Source of the DNA: a virus | Length of the DNA stretch: 64,000 nt | Direction: 5' to 3' (one strand) | Virus record (IMG/VR): IMGVR_UViG_3300008954_000005 | Location: 32,001-96,000 of that record | Shown here: positions 47,701 to 55,463 of the stretch, piece after piece | Layout: every line of letters begins with the position of its first letter | Numbering within the stretch: the stretch's first letter is position 1 | Position numbers and translations under genes: made by a program | The notes under the pieces: generated by a model | Seen by the model: only the letters and a program-made list of their open reading frames with translations | What the model was told of the DNA's origin: nothing | The model's database searches: none

Positions 47701-50700
47701 AAGACCGAACACCCTTTTCAAACATGGGGTTCGGCATAGAGGTTCCAAGAGCGATGTGCCCCCAATGATTACCGCCTGGGCCACCGGTCACGTCCTCATC
47801 AAATAGACCGCCCTTTTCTGGCTTTAGATCCTTGCCGCGAATTACGCGACTACCATCGGTAATCTCACCGTTAGAGGTCTCAAGAATTTGTTTATCCGTG
47901 AGAGGTGAGACAACAAGACCATTCCCCTCCTTCTCCACGTTAAGACCAAGAGCCCCCATGTACGCCAAGAATTTTTCATATGCGAACGATGGTTTTGGGT
48001 TGGGGAGGATCTGGCCTGTTTGGACTGCTGTCCAAATCTCATCCTGTTGCTTATCGCTTTTGTAGGTCAGTGCGTCCCGAATATTGGCTGTAGCTCCGTG
48101 GGCAAGCATGGCGTAAAGACCTAGTTCGCCAAACCGCTGTGCGCCTCCGGTTTCCCCACCGCCCTTGGGAACCAAGTTTGCGTCGTAGTCGTGTCCGTAA
48201 CCATGTGCCCTAGCACGGAGCTTCTTATCAATCTGATGTAGCAGCTTAAGCGTGTACTGCTTACCTACCAGTACTTGCCCCAGACTCTTCCCTGTGACCG
48301 GATCGAACAACTCCGTGGTTTCAGAGACGCCCTCTGCGGCAAGAACCTTCTTTACCTGCTCTTGGTAGCCGACTTCACGGTCGTGGGCCTTAATCGTTAT
48401 TTGCTTAGGGCCTTCTTTTGTCTGGATAGTGCGGGTGTGCTCCTTAACCCGGACAATCTTTTTCCCTCCGCTAGCCTGAAAGTTATCGACTGCGTAAGGC
48501 TCGCCCCGCTTGTCAGCAACCTTAGCCAAACTGGTCTCTAGGACCTGCCCTAGATTGATTCGGCCCGGAACACCAGAAGGATTCAGAATCAACTGGAGTG
48601 GGTTCCCTTCCGCATCTCTGGGCATCTCCTCATCAGGTATTACGGCAGTAATAACACCTTTATTGCCATGCCTACCTGTGAGTTTATCTCCTACGTCTGC
48701 GGGTTCTTCGGTCTTTACGTAGACCATTATCTCTCGACCATTACGAACAACATCCGTAACGACTCCGGCGTAAGGCTTCTCCCAGGTGACAGAGCGGTCC
48801 TTGAAGGGGCGTACCAGGGATTTATGGATTCCCTTCAACATCGCCTGCTCTTTTGAGGGCTCTGTCTTTTGGAGAACCGTCATCAAAGTGTCGCCTGGGT
48901 CAACCCGCTGGCCCTTCTTAATGACACCATCCTCATCCAGCTTGGCAGCGTTATCGTCCGTTACTGAGCCTGGGAAATTTGCCCGGAACTTGCGTAGCCC
49001 AACCTGCATATTTTTTTCAACGTACGCCCTATTTTTGTGCAGATGCTCGCTAGTCAGCTTCTTTGACGCCGTTTCAGAGATGACGATGCCGTCCTCAAAC
49101 ACCAAACCTTTGTAGGGGATGTAGCCAACCCTAAGGTTCGTGCCCATCGACAGCGTCCCGTCTTTTGTGAAGTTGGTGTCCGCGAGTGTCTGGCCAGCTT
49201 TGACGGTGTCCCCCTTCTTAACCAAGGGGGTGCTGCTGACAAAGGCCTTCTTGTCGTTCAGGGGAAAGTTGTCGTAGAGGGGCATCTCTACCTTGCTACC
49301 GTCCTTCGCCTGTAGAACGATTTTGGTGGCCCCAACAGACAGAACAGTCCCAGAGATTGGGCTGTTGTGACTAGTGAAGGAACCTACAATGTTTTCCCAC
49401 GTTTTAAACCGTTTGCTCGGGTTGCCGGAGACTACCTGCACAAGTGGTTGTTCTCGATCTTTTAGGGCTACCGCTTGTTCCATGTGGCGGGTAGCCATTC
49501 CAGCGCGATTAGCCTGATCCGTAGGGAGGAACGGGATCAGATTTGCTGTGATGGAGAACATGCCTTTGGGGGACCGAAGGATGTAATCGACCTCATTAGG
49601 CGCAACCTTCTCTGGATCCCCACCGTCTTTTCGGACAACCGTTACTAAGCTGTCAACGGCCTTAGGCTTCTTTCCAGAAAAGTCGTACTGGTCCGGGAAA
49701 GCGATGGCGGCATTAGCTAGGTCTGCTGGGCTTTTATCCACGTACGCCCCAGACTTGGTGTCGTACACAGTGATTAACGGCGTCGTCCCATCCTTCTTAA
49801 CACCCAAAGCAAGATGCCCGCTGATACCAGAACGCTTGCCCTCTGGTGTGTGCACCGGATCGATAAACCCTAGGAAGCTAGAGTCAATAAGCTTTGCATC
49901 ATCTGAAACAGCCTGCTCATTAGAAATACCACCCTGCCCCATAATGGTCGTTCGTAGGAACCCACCAATCATATCTACCGGGTTAACTTGGCTTGTTTGC
50001 TGGGACAGCGACGTTGACGTAAAGAAGGTTTTGATAGGGATGTTGAAGACATCCGGTGTAACGATGGCGCGAACGCTATCCTTCCTATCGATATTGTTCC
50101 CTAGCTTATACTGGATTCTTCTAGCTGAATTACCAATCCGCTCGGGAATGTGGTTGTCAATGGACCAAAGCTCCTTAAACCGAAGGGAGTCCCGATTATC
50201 AACCTCAGCCTCCCCCCTATTAATGGCTAATAACTTTCTAGAAGAGGCTAGCAGCGCACCACCGGAGACTTTATCGAAGCCTTCACCCAGGGTAATCGCT
50301 GTTGTATCTTTGAGTAACGCTGTTTTGTCGTACGCTTCTTTGACGATTGCCGCAGCCTCAGTATCGTTTGCTGGGGCGGCACCGCGTACAAGAGCCTTGG
50401 CGAGCTTAACGACCTCCCCCCGCTTTTTATCAGAGACGCTCCGTGCGTATAGCTCAGCCCCCCAAGCAGCACGGATGTCCTCATCCGGAATTCCCAAAGC
50501 TTGTAGAACGGGCAGTAGTTGAACGTTTGACGTTCCATACCCCATTAAGAATCTTCGTCTTGCGGGGTCGAATCCCAAACGGAAACCCCGCCCAGCCGCT
50601 AGGTTGAACTGGCTCTCAAGCTCTCCGTTGGCTTTACGTCTGGCGTACACCCCGGATTTTAGCCGCCACTGGTTGTCTACCTGATACTCCGTACCATCGA

Positions 50701-51013
50701 CAATGTAGCTATATCTTCTTGTGATTTTCGGGACAGCGGCAACTTTAACCTTAGCCACCTTATCTATGACTTTGCCGGTCTCGTTATCGACTAACTCAAA
50801 GTCACCATAGACTCCCTGAGCCCATGTTCGTCCACGTAATCTAGCTTTTTTCTGCGAAGGAATATCATCTAAATCAGTATCGCCCGTGGTGTAGATATTA
50901 CGAGCTACTAATGTTTGCTTCTTGCCTACTAGTGGAAAAAAACTATTTATTTTTTCTACGGTCCCGTCTTCGAGAGCTTTCATAACTCTCTGGGGATCTA
51001 GAACGTTTGCCAT
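44780..51013 (-). CDS. rpoBC: DNA-directed RNA polymerase, beta and beta' fused in one 2077 aa chain
   Basis: beta motifs: DPVHTPEG, LIPFL..DQANRA, FEDGIVIS, GDKLTGRHGNKG, LNPSGVPGRINLGQ, GAQRFGE, LTYKSD. beta' motifs: PVLPP.FRP, RSVIV, RDPVLH, NADFDGD, GARKGL, RSPMKC..CSHCYG, GERGTQLSMKTFHTGG. Confidence 0.95.
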   Translation of the reverse strand: MANVLDPQRVMKALEDGTVEKINSFFPLVGKKQTLVARNIYTTGDTDLDDIPSQKKARLRGRTWAQGVYGDFELVDNETGKVIDKVAKVKVAAVPKITRRYSYIVDGTEYQVDNQWRLKSGVYARRKANGELESQFNLAAGRGFRLGFDPARRRFLMGYGTSNVQLLPVLQALGIPDEDIRAAWGAELYARSVSDKKRGEVVKLAKALVRGAAPANDTEAAAIVKEAYDKTALLKDTTAITLGEGFDKVSGGALLASSRKLLAINRGEAEVDNRDSLRFKELWSIDNHIPERIGNSARRIQYKLGNNIDRKDSVRAIVTPDVFNIPIKTFFTSTSLSQQTSQVNPVDMIGGFLRTTIMGQGGISNEQAVSDDAKLIDSSFLGFIDPVHTPEGKRSGISGHLALGVKKDGTTPLITVYDTKSGAYVDKSPADLANAAIAFPDQYDFSGKKPKAVDSLVTVVRKDGGDPEKVAPNEVDYILRSPKGMFSITANLIPFLPTDQANRAGMATRHMEQAVALKDREQPLVQVVSGNPSKRFKTWENIVGSFTSHNSPISGTVLSVGATKIVLQAKDGSKVEMPLYDNFPLNDKKAFVSSTPLVKKGDTVKAGQTLADTNFTKDGTLSMGTNLRVGYIPYKGLVFEDGIVISETASKKLTSEHLHKNRAYVEKNMQVGLRKFRANFPGSVTDDNAAKLDEDGVIKKGQRVDPGDTLMTVLQKTEPSKEQAMLKGIHKSLVRPFKDRSVTWEKPYAGVVTDVVRNGREIMVYVKTEEPADVGDKLTGRHGNKGVITAVIPDEEMPRDAEGNPLQLILNPSGVPGRINLGQVLETSLAKVADKRGEPYAVDNFQASGGKKIVRVKEHTRTIQTKEGPKQITIKAHDREVGYQEQVKKVLAAEGVSETTELFDPVTGKSLGQVLVGKQYTLKLLHQIDKKLRARAHGYGHDYDANLVPKGGGETGGAQRFGELGLYAMLAHGATANIRDALTYKSDKQQDEIWTAVQTGQILPNPKPSFAYEKFLAYMGALGLNVEKEGNGLVVSPLTDKQILETSNGEITDGSRVIRGKDLKPEKGGLFDEDVTGGPGGNHWGHIALGTSMPNPMFEKGVRSLLGLTGKEYDSAIAGTHKDIVGPQGIIAALAALNVDEELASAKEQIKTARRGELDKLNKKIKYLLMLKKEGLSADKAYGISNVPVLPPIFRPITAMEGGDLNIDGTNMLYRDIAMLNQKLKEADGVLPESATAKLRGDLYNAVDALMGVSTPTEGAMTMDGQARPPGILTILSGRQSPKQSFFHKRILDRKQDISMRSVIVPDMDLHLDELGLPRKGAMKIYRPFVVKELVNMGYTPLKAREEIEKNSSLANRALEVAVNKRPVLFKRDPVLHKFGIMAFKPKLHDEKSIHIHPLVTGGFNADFDGDTMAIFVPVSQEAVDEAHKMLPSKNLFNPATGRVMYQPSLEGQLGLYLLTQMGKKTRTKFADAKEALAAAEAGDILATDVVSVGGLRTTAGRILFNNALPKKVQSEEILTDPKLIMGKGVLQNILRQVAVKSPAEFQATADKIKNLGFGHAYDTGFSFDLDDFNTLTELRNSRMKVARAKETAIRKKEKMKLISPSAAEAQIIDLYTKVTEDLSSEAKKILDKDGNKLRAMNNAGVKPAWSQLQQMLIGPMLLENASGRVIPVPVDRSYSEGLRSSDYWVASSGARKGLIEKVQSVSVPGALNKQIANTAISYVVTQNNCGTKRGIALDIGDSDLVDRFTAKAFKAGGSTVPAGTAITPALLSKLKASKVSKVVARSPMKCESKKGLCSHCYGLMDGGRPVEVGTNIGLIAGTALGERGTQLSMKTFHTGGVAGSSAGVVGGIDRISQLLKMPATLPNAAVLSPATAEVSKVTKSPVGGFDISIGNEDIYVPAGRTISIGVGDKVRKGQQISSGVIEPRDLLAKTNVDTVQAYIADEINKVYKSEGIKRRNIEVVTKAVTNLGRVTDPGDSSFIKNDYISLSHAAALNRSGKMKAPIRVQPMLRGIETLPLDQSTDWIARLQYRKLKETFIRAANEGWESDLHGTHPAPGIAYSAEFGKPKDSGGPY

Positions 51014-51047
51014 TGGGTGCCTCCGCGCTAACTACGCTCCCGTTTTA

Positions 51048-51055
51048 GGTATAAG
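51048..51055 (+). promoter_or_regulatory. GGTATAAG promoter-like motif
   Basis: Intergenic, upstream of the + strand Cys-rich gene. Confidence 0.55.
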
Positions 51056-51166
51056 AACTATGGAGCAATGTAGCTCCCAACCAAATAAGAGGAGTATACC
51101 AGCGTGTATCTTTCTAACAATCATGGAACAATAGTCAAAGAGGTGCTTTATGTGGTGTCTTAACAC

Positions 51167-51445
51167 ATGCGAACTATTCGCGTCAGCCGTAGAATCATCG
51201 CTGATGATCGTCGGATAGCGATGTCTACTCGCGCCCCCAAACCTATTGCTTGTGACGTTGCCGGAATCTGGTGCTACGAACCCAAGAATTGCGGGGCGTG
51301 TGCTCATTTCATTGAGAACACTGGTTGCGTTAGATGGGTTTGCTCTGCATGTGTCGTTAAAGCTGATAAGGCCTCCCCGTACTATCAACGGGGCGTTTGC
51401 GACAGATGCGATAACCCCTCGGCAATACTAATTCTTGTCCATTAA
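51167..51445 (+). CDS. small Cys-rich Zn-binding protein
   Basis: CGAC, CSAC and CDRC plus further Cys. Fills the RNAP-portal gap and has an upstream promoter motif. Confidence 0.65.
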   Translation: MRTIRVSRRIIADDRRIAMSTRAPKPIACDVAGIWCYEPKNCGACAHFIENTGCVRWVCSACVVKADKASPYYQRGVCDRCDNPSAILILVH

Positions 51446-53445
51446 ACCTGCGCTCTATCTGGGTCTGCGCGTGAAGGTAGTTTCTCCGGTAGGGGATTCA
51501 TGGACTTCACGCCAGCCCCAGATAGGGCATTATTCACCAACATGTAGAGATCAGGGTTGCTTGCACGGATTTGGGACATGGCCCGATACCTGTCCACCTC
51601 ATTCATCTTTTTTAGCTCTGAGGTGAGTTGCTTGGCCTGTGCAAACATATCTACCATGCCGCCGTTTTGTTGAGCCTGAACCGGACTCTGCTCCACCCCT
51701 TGGACAGGCCCGCCTTCTTGTTGCGGCGGCTGTTGTTGCTGTTGCTCCATTCCGGGAGGCGGTGCCCCCTGTTGTTGAGCGGCGGCTGGATCACCGCCGC
51801 CTTGCTGTGGCGGAGCGCCTCCTTGTTGCGGAGCACCACCGCCCTGTTGAGCGGCTGCTTGTTGCTGGGCCATTTCCGGGAATGCCTGTTGCAACTCCTG
51901 CTGAGACTCTGCCTGTAGGAATTGAGCCTGTCCCTGATACCGAGTATTGATGAGCATTGCTTCGCCCTGAGCGCTCGCCTGTGCGATCATTTGCTCACGC
52001 TGCTGCTTATTCATCTTCGTCAGTTCAGTGCTGATAAGTTCCTGCTCGCTCTCAAAGTTAAAGTCTCGGGACTCCAAGAAGGTTCTGCGACTAATCATGT
52101 TTGAGCCAGCAAGCTGCATATCAAACTGTGCTCGCTGGATGTCGTCAGCCATCTTGAATGGCTTGAACTTCAGTTTGATTTTAGGAAGATCCAAGAAAGC
52201 GCACACACGATCACGGATAAACTCAACGAGACGAAGCATATCCTGCCGATTTCCCAAAAACTCATTCTCTAGCGCCCTAAGATTCACTGAGGCCCCTGAG
52301 TACTGCTGCTCTCCGTAAAAGAACCCAGTGGGAACACCCATTCCAGCGATTATTTGATCATTATAAATTCGGAGTTCTTGGTGGAGGAGTAGTGACCGCC
52401 CTTGCCCGCCAATCATCTGGTAGCCAACGGGGACAGGCATCACCGGGATATGGTTGTTGTCCTGCCGCCACTTCTTAATCTGACTAGAGACCTCTTCCTG
52501 CCAATCCTGAAGATTGATGTGTGCGTAAGGGTTGTTCCCGTCTGTAGTTACCTGTGGAAACATGACCCGCATGGGGACGATGTGCTCCATGGCGACAGCT
52601 TCCTGAGCTTTCCTCAAGACCTGTAGAAAGAAAATATCCTTAAGCACTGGGAGGATGAGTGGAGCACCCCAGCCACTATCGGAGGGGGCTCTTGAGATTG
52701 ATGCACGTTTCGCGTGAAACAGTTTAGAGCTTTCGAGAAGGATGCTCTTCTTCTTCCGCATTGCCTCGATAAAAGCCTGCGGCACCGTTTCGATGATTGA
52801 GGGTTTACCGAGGGTGATATCGTTTTTGATATAGCGAGGAACCTCGTAGTAATACTCGCTTTTCCCGGTAATTTCGTTGTAGTTGATTTTGATGTTCTTC
52901 GGATTCCAACGAATAAGCCGAATCTGTAGGCCAGCCTTTACTGGCTCATCCTTTACACCAGCAATCCCTTCGTGCCCGCACGAGTCGCAAGTGATGTGGA
53001 ATTGATAGCTCTTCCACTTGTACTTGATCTTCCTTGCCTCGTAGTCTGCCTTGCACTCCTTACAAGTAAGAACCTTTGTAAAGGGGAAGGATACGGAGAC
53101 AAAAGCATTGCCGTACGTGTACCTATCTAGATTCGTTTCTACGAGGAACTGCCGCAGCAAAAACTGCTTTTCGAAGATCTCTTTGTATCGCTCTGTGACG
53201 CCTTCGTTATCGTCCTCATAGATAAGGTCGGTAATGGCGTAAGTTGCGAGCTTCTGCGTAATGCTGCTGACCAGGGGATTAGTAAGCTGGTAGTACAAGC
53301 ACCAGTCAAAAGTATCTTTGATCGTTTTGGGTAGATAGTTTTGTGCAACGTCAAAAAAGGGACTCGGGTAGAACTTTTCTGGTCTGCCCACCGTGGATGC
53401 GCGGGCTCTACCGCCTGAAACGTAACGACCAATATTACTAGACAT
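51442..53445 (-). CDS. portal protein with Zn-ribbon insertion and Gln/Pro-rich tail
   Basis: YTYGNAFVS, IRWNP..I, GWGAPLI, IIAGMGVP..F..G...YSG..V.LR.LEN. CKEC..CDSC insertion. Confidence 0.85.
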   Translation of the reverse strand: MSSNIGRYVSGGRARASTVGRPEKFYPSPFFDVAQNYLPKTIKDTFDWCLYYQLTNPLVSSITQKLATYAITDLIYEDDNEGVTERYKEIFEKQFLLRQFLVETNLDRYTYGNAFVSVSFPFTKVLTCKECKADYEARKIKYKWKSYQFHITCDSCGHEGIAGVKDEPVKAGLQIRLIRWNPKNIKINYNEITGKSEYYYEVPRYIKNDITLGKPSIIETVPQAFIEAMRKKKSILLESSKLFHAKRASISRAPSDSGWGAPLILPVLKDIFFLQVLRKAQEAVAMEHIVPMRVMFPQVTTDGNNPYAHINLQDWQEEVSSQIKKWRQDNNHIPVMPVPVGYQMIGGQGRSLLLHQELRIYNDQIIAGMGVPTGFFYGEQQYSGASVNLRALENEFLGNRQDMLRLVEFIRDRVCAFLDLPKIKLKFKPFKMADDIQRAQFDMQLAGSNMISRRTFLESRDFNFESEQELISTELTKMNKQQREQMIAQASAQGEAMLINTRYQGQAQFLQAESQQELQQAFPEMAQQQAAAQQGGGAPQQGGAPPQQGGGDPAAAQQQGAPPPGMEQQQQQPPQQEGGPVQGVEQSPVQAQQNGGMVDMFAQAKQLTSELKKMNEVDRYRAMSQIRASNPDLYMLVNNALSGAGVKSMNPLPEKLPSRADPDRAQV

Positions 53446-53454
53446 AATAATCCC

Positions 53455-54114
53455 CTACGGAAGAAGCCGTTTTAACTGAATAAGAAGCATTCTGGAAGAA
53501 CTCTCCAAGAAGTCTTGCACAGTAATGCACTTCATAATTTGTACGTCATCCTCGTTCACACCATCAAACGTGGGGACATATTTCCGGTCCAAAGCCGCCT
53601 TTACTCGCAACTGCTGCTCCCGAGAAACAAACTTAAGTAGGTGTTCGTTGCACGGACCCAGCGGACCCGGCCCGTAGGCCAAGCCGTAATCCATCATGCA
53701 CGCGGCGGTGTACTTGTACACCTCATCCGAAATCTTTGTGCCCTCTTTTACTTGGCTTAGCACATCTAATGCAAAGGCCGCTCTGTGTGGAGAGGGCTTC
53801 TGTATCAAGTCGAACTTGGGTGGTGTCCCTAAAAGCCCAGAGCAAACAAGATCGAATACTTCCCAACGCTCGTAGGGCTGGTCCGTTGTGTGGCAAGTCC
53901 GGATAGCCTGGATTTTATTTCTGTTTACTTCAGAAACGGTTGTTCCCCATGTACGGGAAATCTCAAGCCAACAAGTTTCCGGTTCCCAACCAAGGTACTC
54001 AGGACCAAACTCCTTAACCAAGAGAAGGTTCAGTACAAGTGGGTGCGCAGACTTATTCGTGAACGCGTGTTTGGGGGAGCCCAAACCACTATTAGCCTTA
54101 ATGGGCTTCATCAA
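53455..54114 (-). CDS. virion-module hypothetical protein
   Basis: FGPEYLGWEPET...NKIQAI...WEVF. Lies upstream of the portal. Confidence 0.7.
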   Translation of the reverse strand: MMKPIKANSGLGSPKHAFTNKSAHPLVLNLLLVKEFGPEYLGWEPETCWLEISRTWGTTVSEVNRNKIQAIRTCHTTDQPYERWEVFDLVCSGLLGTPPKFDLIQKPSPHRAAFALDVLSQVKEGTKISDEVYKYTAACMMDYGLAYGPGPLGPCNEHLLKFVSREQQLRVKAALDRKYVPTFDGVNEDDVQIMKCITVQDFLESSSRMLLIQLKRLLP

Positions 54115-55105
54115 TCATCCGAGCGATTGCTTGCTTGTGGGTAGTCGGTAGGCTGGACAACACCGTGGCTGGGTCAGCCTGGAATTGCTCCTTGAAGTCC
54201 TCACCAAAAGCATCTTCTAGTTGTGAGGCTCCGCCACCTGTAACCCAAGAAGCGATCCTGTCGGATGTATATTCGTTTCCACCAATCTCTACCGGGCGCT
54301 CTACGTTTGCGGCCTTCTCAATAGTAGAGCCAAATACGGATGCGTACGGATCCAATATTACGTTGTTATAATGGTGGGTAATCTTGTACTTCTCATCAAA
54401 CTCTGTGAGGGCTTCGGCCAAAGGCTCCCCAACAAACCCAGCGGACGCCTTTTTCTGAAGCTCTTCTAATTCGATGATGGCGTCGGCCTCCATAAGAACG
54501 AGTCTTCTTGTATCGAGAGCAAGATTGAAGTCACTTCCGATATCATCAGCAGCATAATTAGCCAGCTTTTCGGAGAACTCTGCGCCTGCCTCTTTAACCT
54601 GAAGAGCCAAGCGACGTTTTCCTCTTGGGGAGAGGCCGCTGAATGCATCCTCAACCAACTCCATGTTGTCCTCGTCTGAGCCGGTAAACCCAAACAGGGT
54701 CTCAAGAGACATATCCTCGCCCTCACCACTGTAACCAACCTCAATTGCGGCAGTCTTAGTGAGTTCTTCAGGGGGCGTAAAGCCAAAAGAGACTAGGGCC
54801 TCATTCAGCTTCTTCGCAGCTTCCTTGCGGAGGTCTCCAGGCAGAGAATCCCCGTACTCAGCGAAGTAAATCGCTGATGCAACGGTGTTCCCAGCGTCAC
54901 ACACAGGATAACGGTATTCCGTACCATGCTCAGTTTCAGCAACTAGAGCGTAATCTTCAGCATGCTTAATCGTTGCTTCCGACAAGTTTGCGGCAACTTT
55001 AATAATTGCAGGAACGCCCTTGTCAGAAAGCTCCCTTCGAAGGAAGCGTCCTTCATCGTCATACTGGTCGTAAACATTTGAAAAGCTTGGCATTTCTATC
55101 TCCAC
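54098..55105 (-). CDS. virion-module protein rich in K-x-A motifs
   Basis: DYALV...YRYP...SAIYF, plus KVAA, KHAE, KTAA, KEAG, KLAN, KKAS and KAAN. First gene of the - strand block. Confidence 0.75.
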   Translation of the reverse strand: MEIEMPSFSNVYDQYDDEGRFLRRELSDKGVPAIIKVAANLSEATIKHAEDYALVAETEHGTEYRYPVCDAGNTVASAIYFAEYGDSLPGDLRKEAAKKLNEALVSFGFTPPEELTKTAAIEVGYSGEGEDMSLETLFGFTGSDEDNMELVEDAFSGLSPRGKRRLALQVKEAGAEFSEKLANYAADDIGSDFNLALDTRRLVLMEADAIIELEELQKKASAGFVGEPLAEALTEFDEKYKITHHYNNVILDPYASVFGSTIEKAANVERPVEIGGNEYTSDRIASWVTGGGASQLEDAFGEDFKEQFQADPATVLSSLPTTHKQAIARMIDEAH

Positions 55106-55123
55106 AATGGTTGAGCCCTTTTT

Positions 55124-55131
55124 GGTATAAG
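55124..55131 (+). promoter_or_regulatory. GGTATAAG promoter-like motif at the structural/replication divergence point
   Basis: Lies in the 74 nt divergent intergenic region. Confidence 0.6.
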
Positions 55132-55179
55132 CACTTTGTTAGCTACCTTACCTACACCCTAACTCGGAGGTTAGTGATC

Positions 55180-55452
55180 ATGTCAAATGATAAACCGTAT
55201 ACCATTAATGTAGAAGTGCCAACTGATTCTATAACAACAGATGAACCCAGAGAAGTTCCTGAAATTTTAGTAACTGGTTTGATGGACTTATTCAATAGGA
55301 TCTCCCGCAGTCTCCGCAAACCACCCTCTCAAGATACCACAGGGACTGCGCTTGAAACCGGTGGAACCATCATAGATATCGACTTTGACGAAGTATCTGC
55401 TTGTGACAAAGAAGATTCTGTCATATATCATGATAGCGATCAAGACAACTAG
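55180..55452 (+). CDS. small acidic hypothetical protein
   Basis: ATG 55180 follows GGAGG. Confidence 0.6.
   Translation: MSNDKPYTINVEVPTDSITTDEPREVPEILVTGLMDLFNRISRSLRKPPSQDTTGTALETGGTIIDIDFDEVSACDKEDSVIYHDSDQDN
55403..55431 (+). promoter_or_regulatory. TGACA-N10-TGTCA palindrome (55404-55423) overlapping a sigma70-like promoter GTGACA-N17-TATCAT
   Basis: Read directly. Lies 33 nt upstream of the XRE gene. Confidence 0.6.
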
Positions 55453-55463
55453 CAGAGGACTCT

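Noticed and set aside
49704-50522. 272 aa + strand ORF
   Set aside because: Antisense shadow of the RNAP gene.
44780-51013. Bacterial chromosomal rpoBC locus
   Set aside because: Flanked by portal and spike genes rather than ribosomal protein genes, and the sequence is shortened and divergent.
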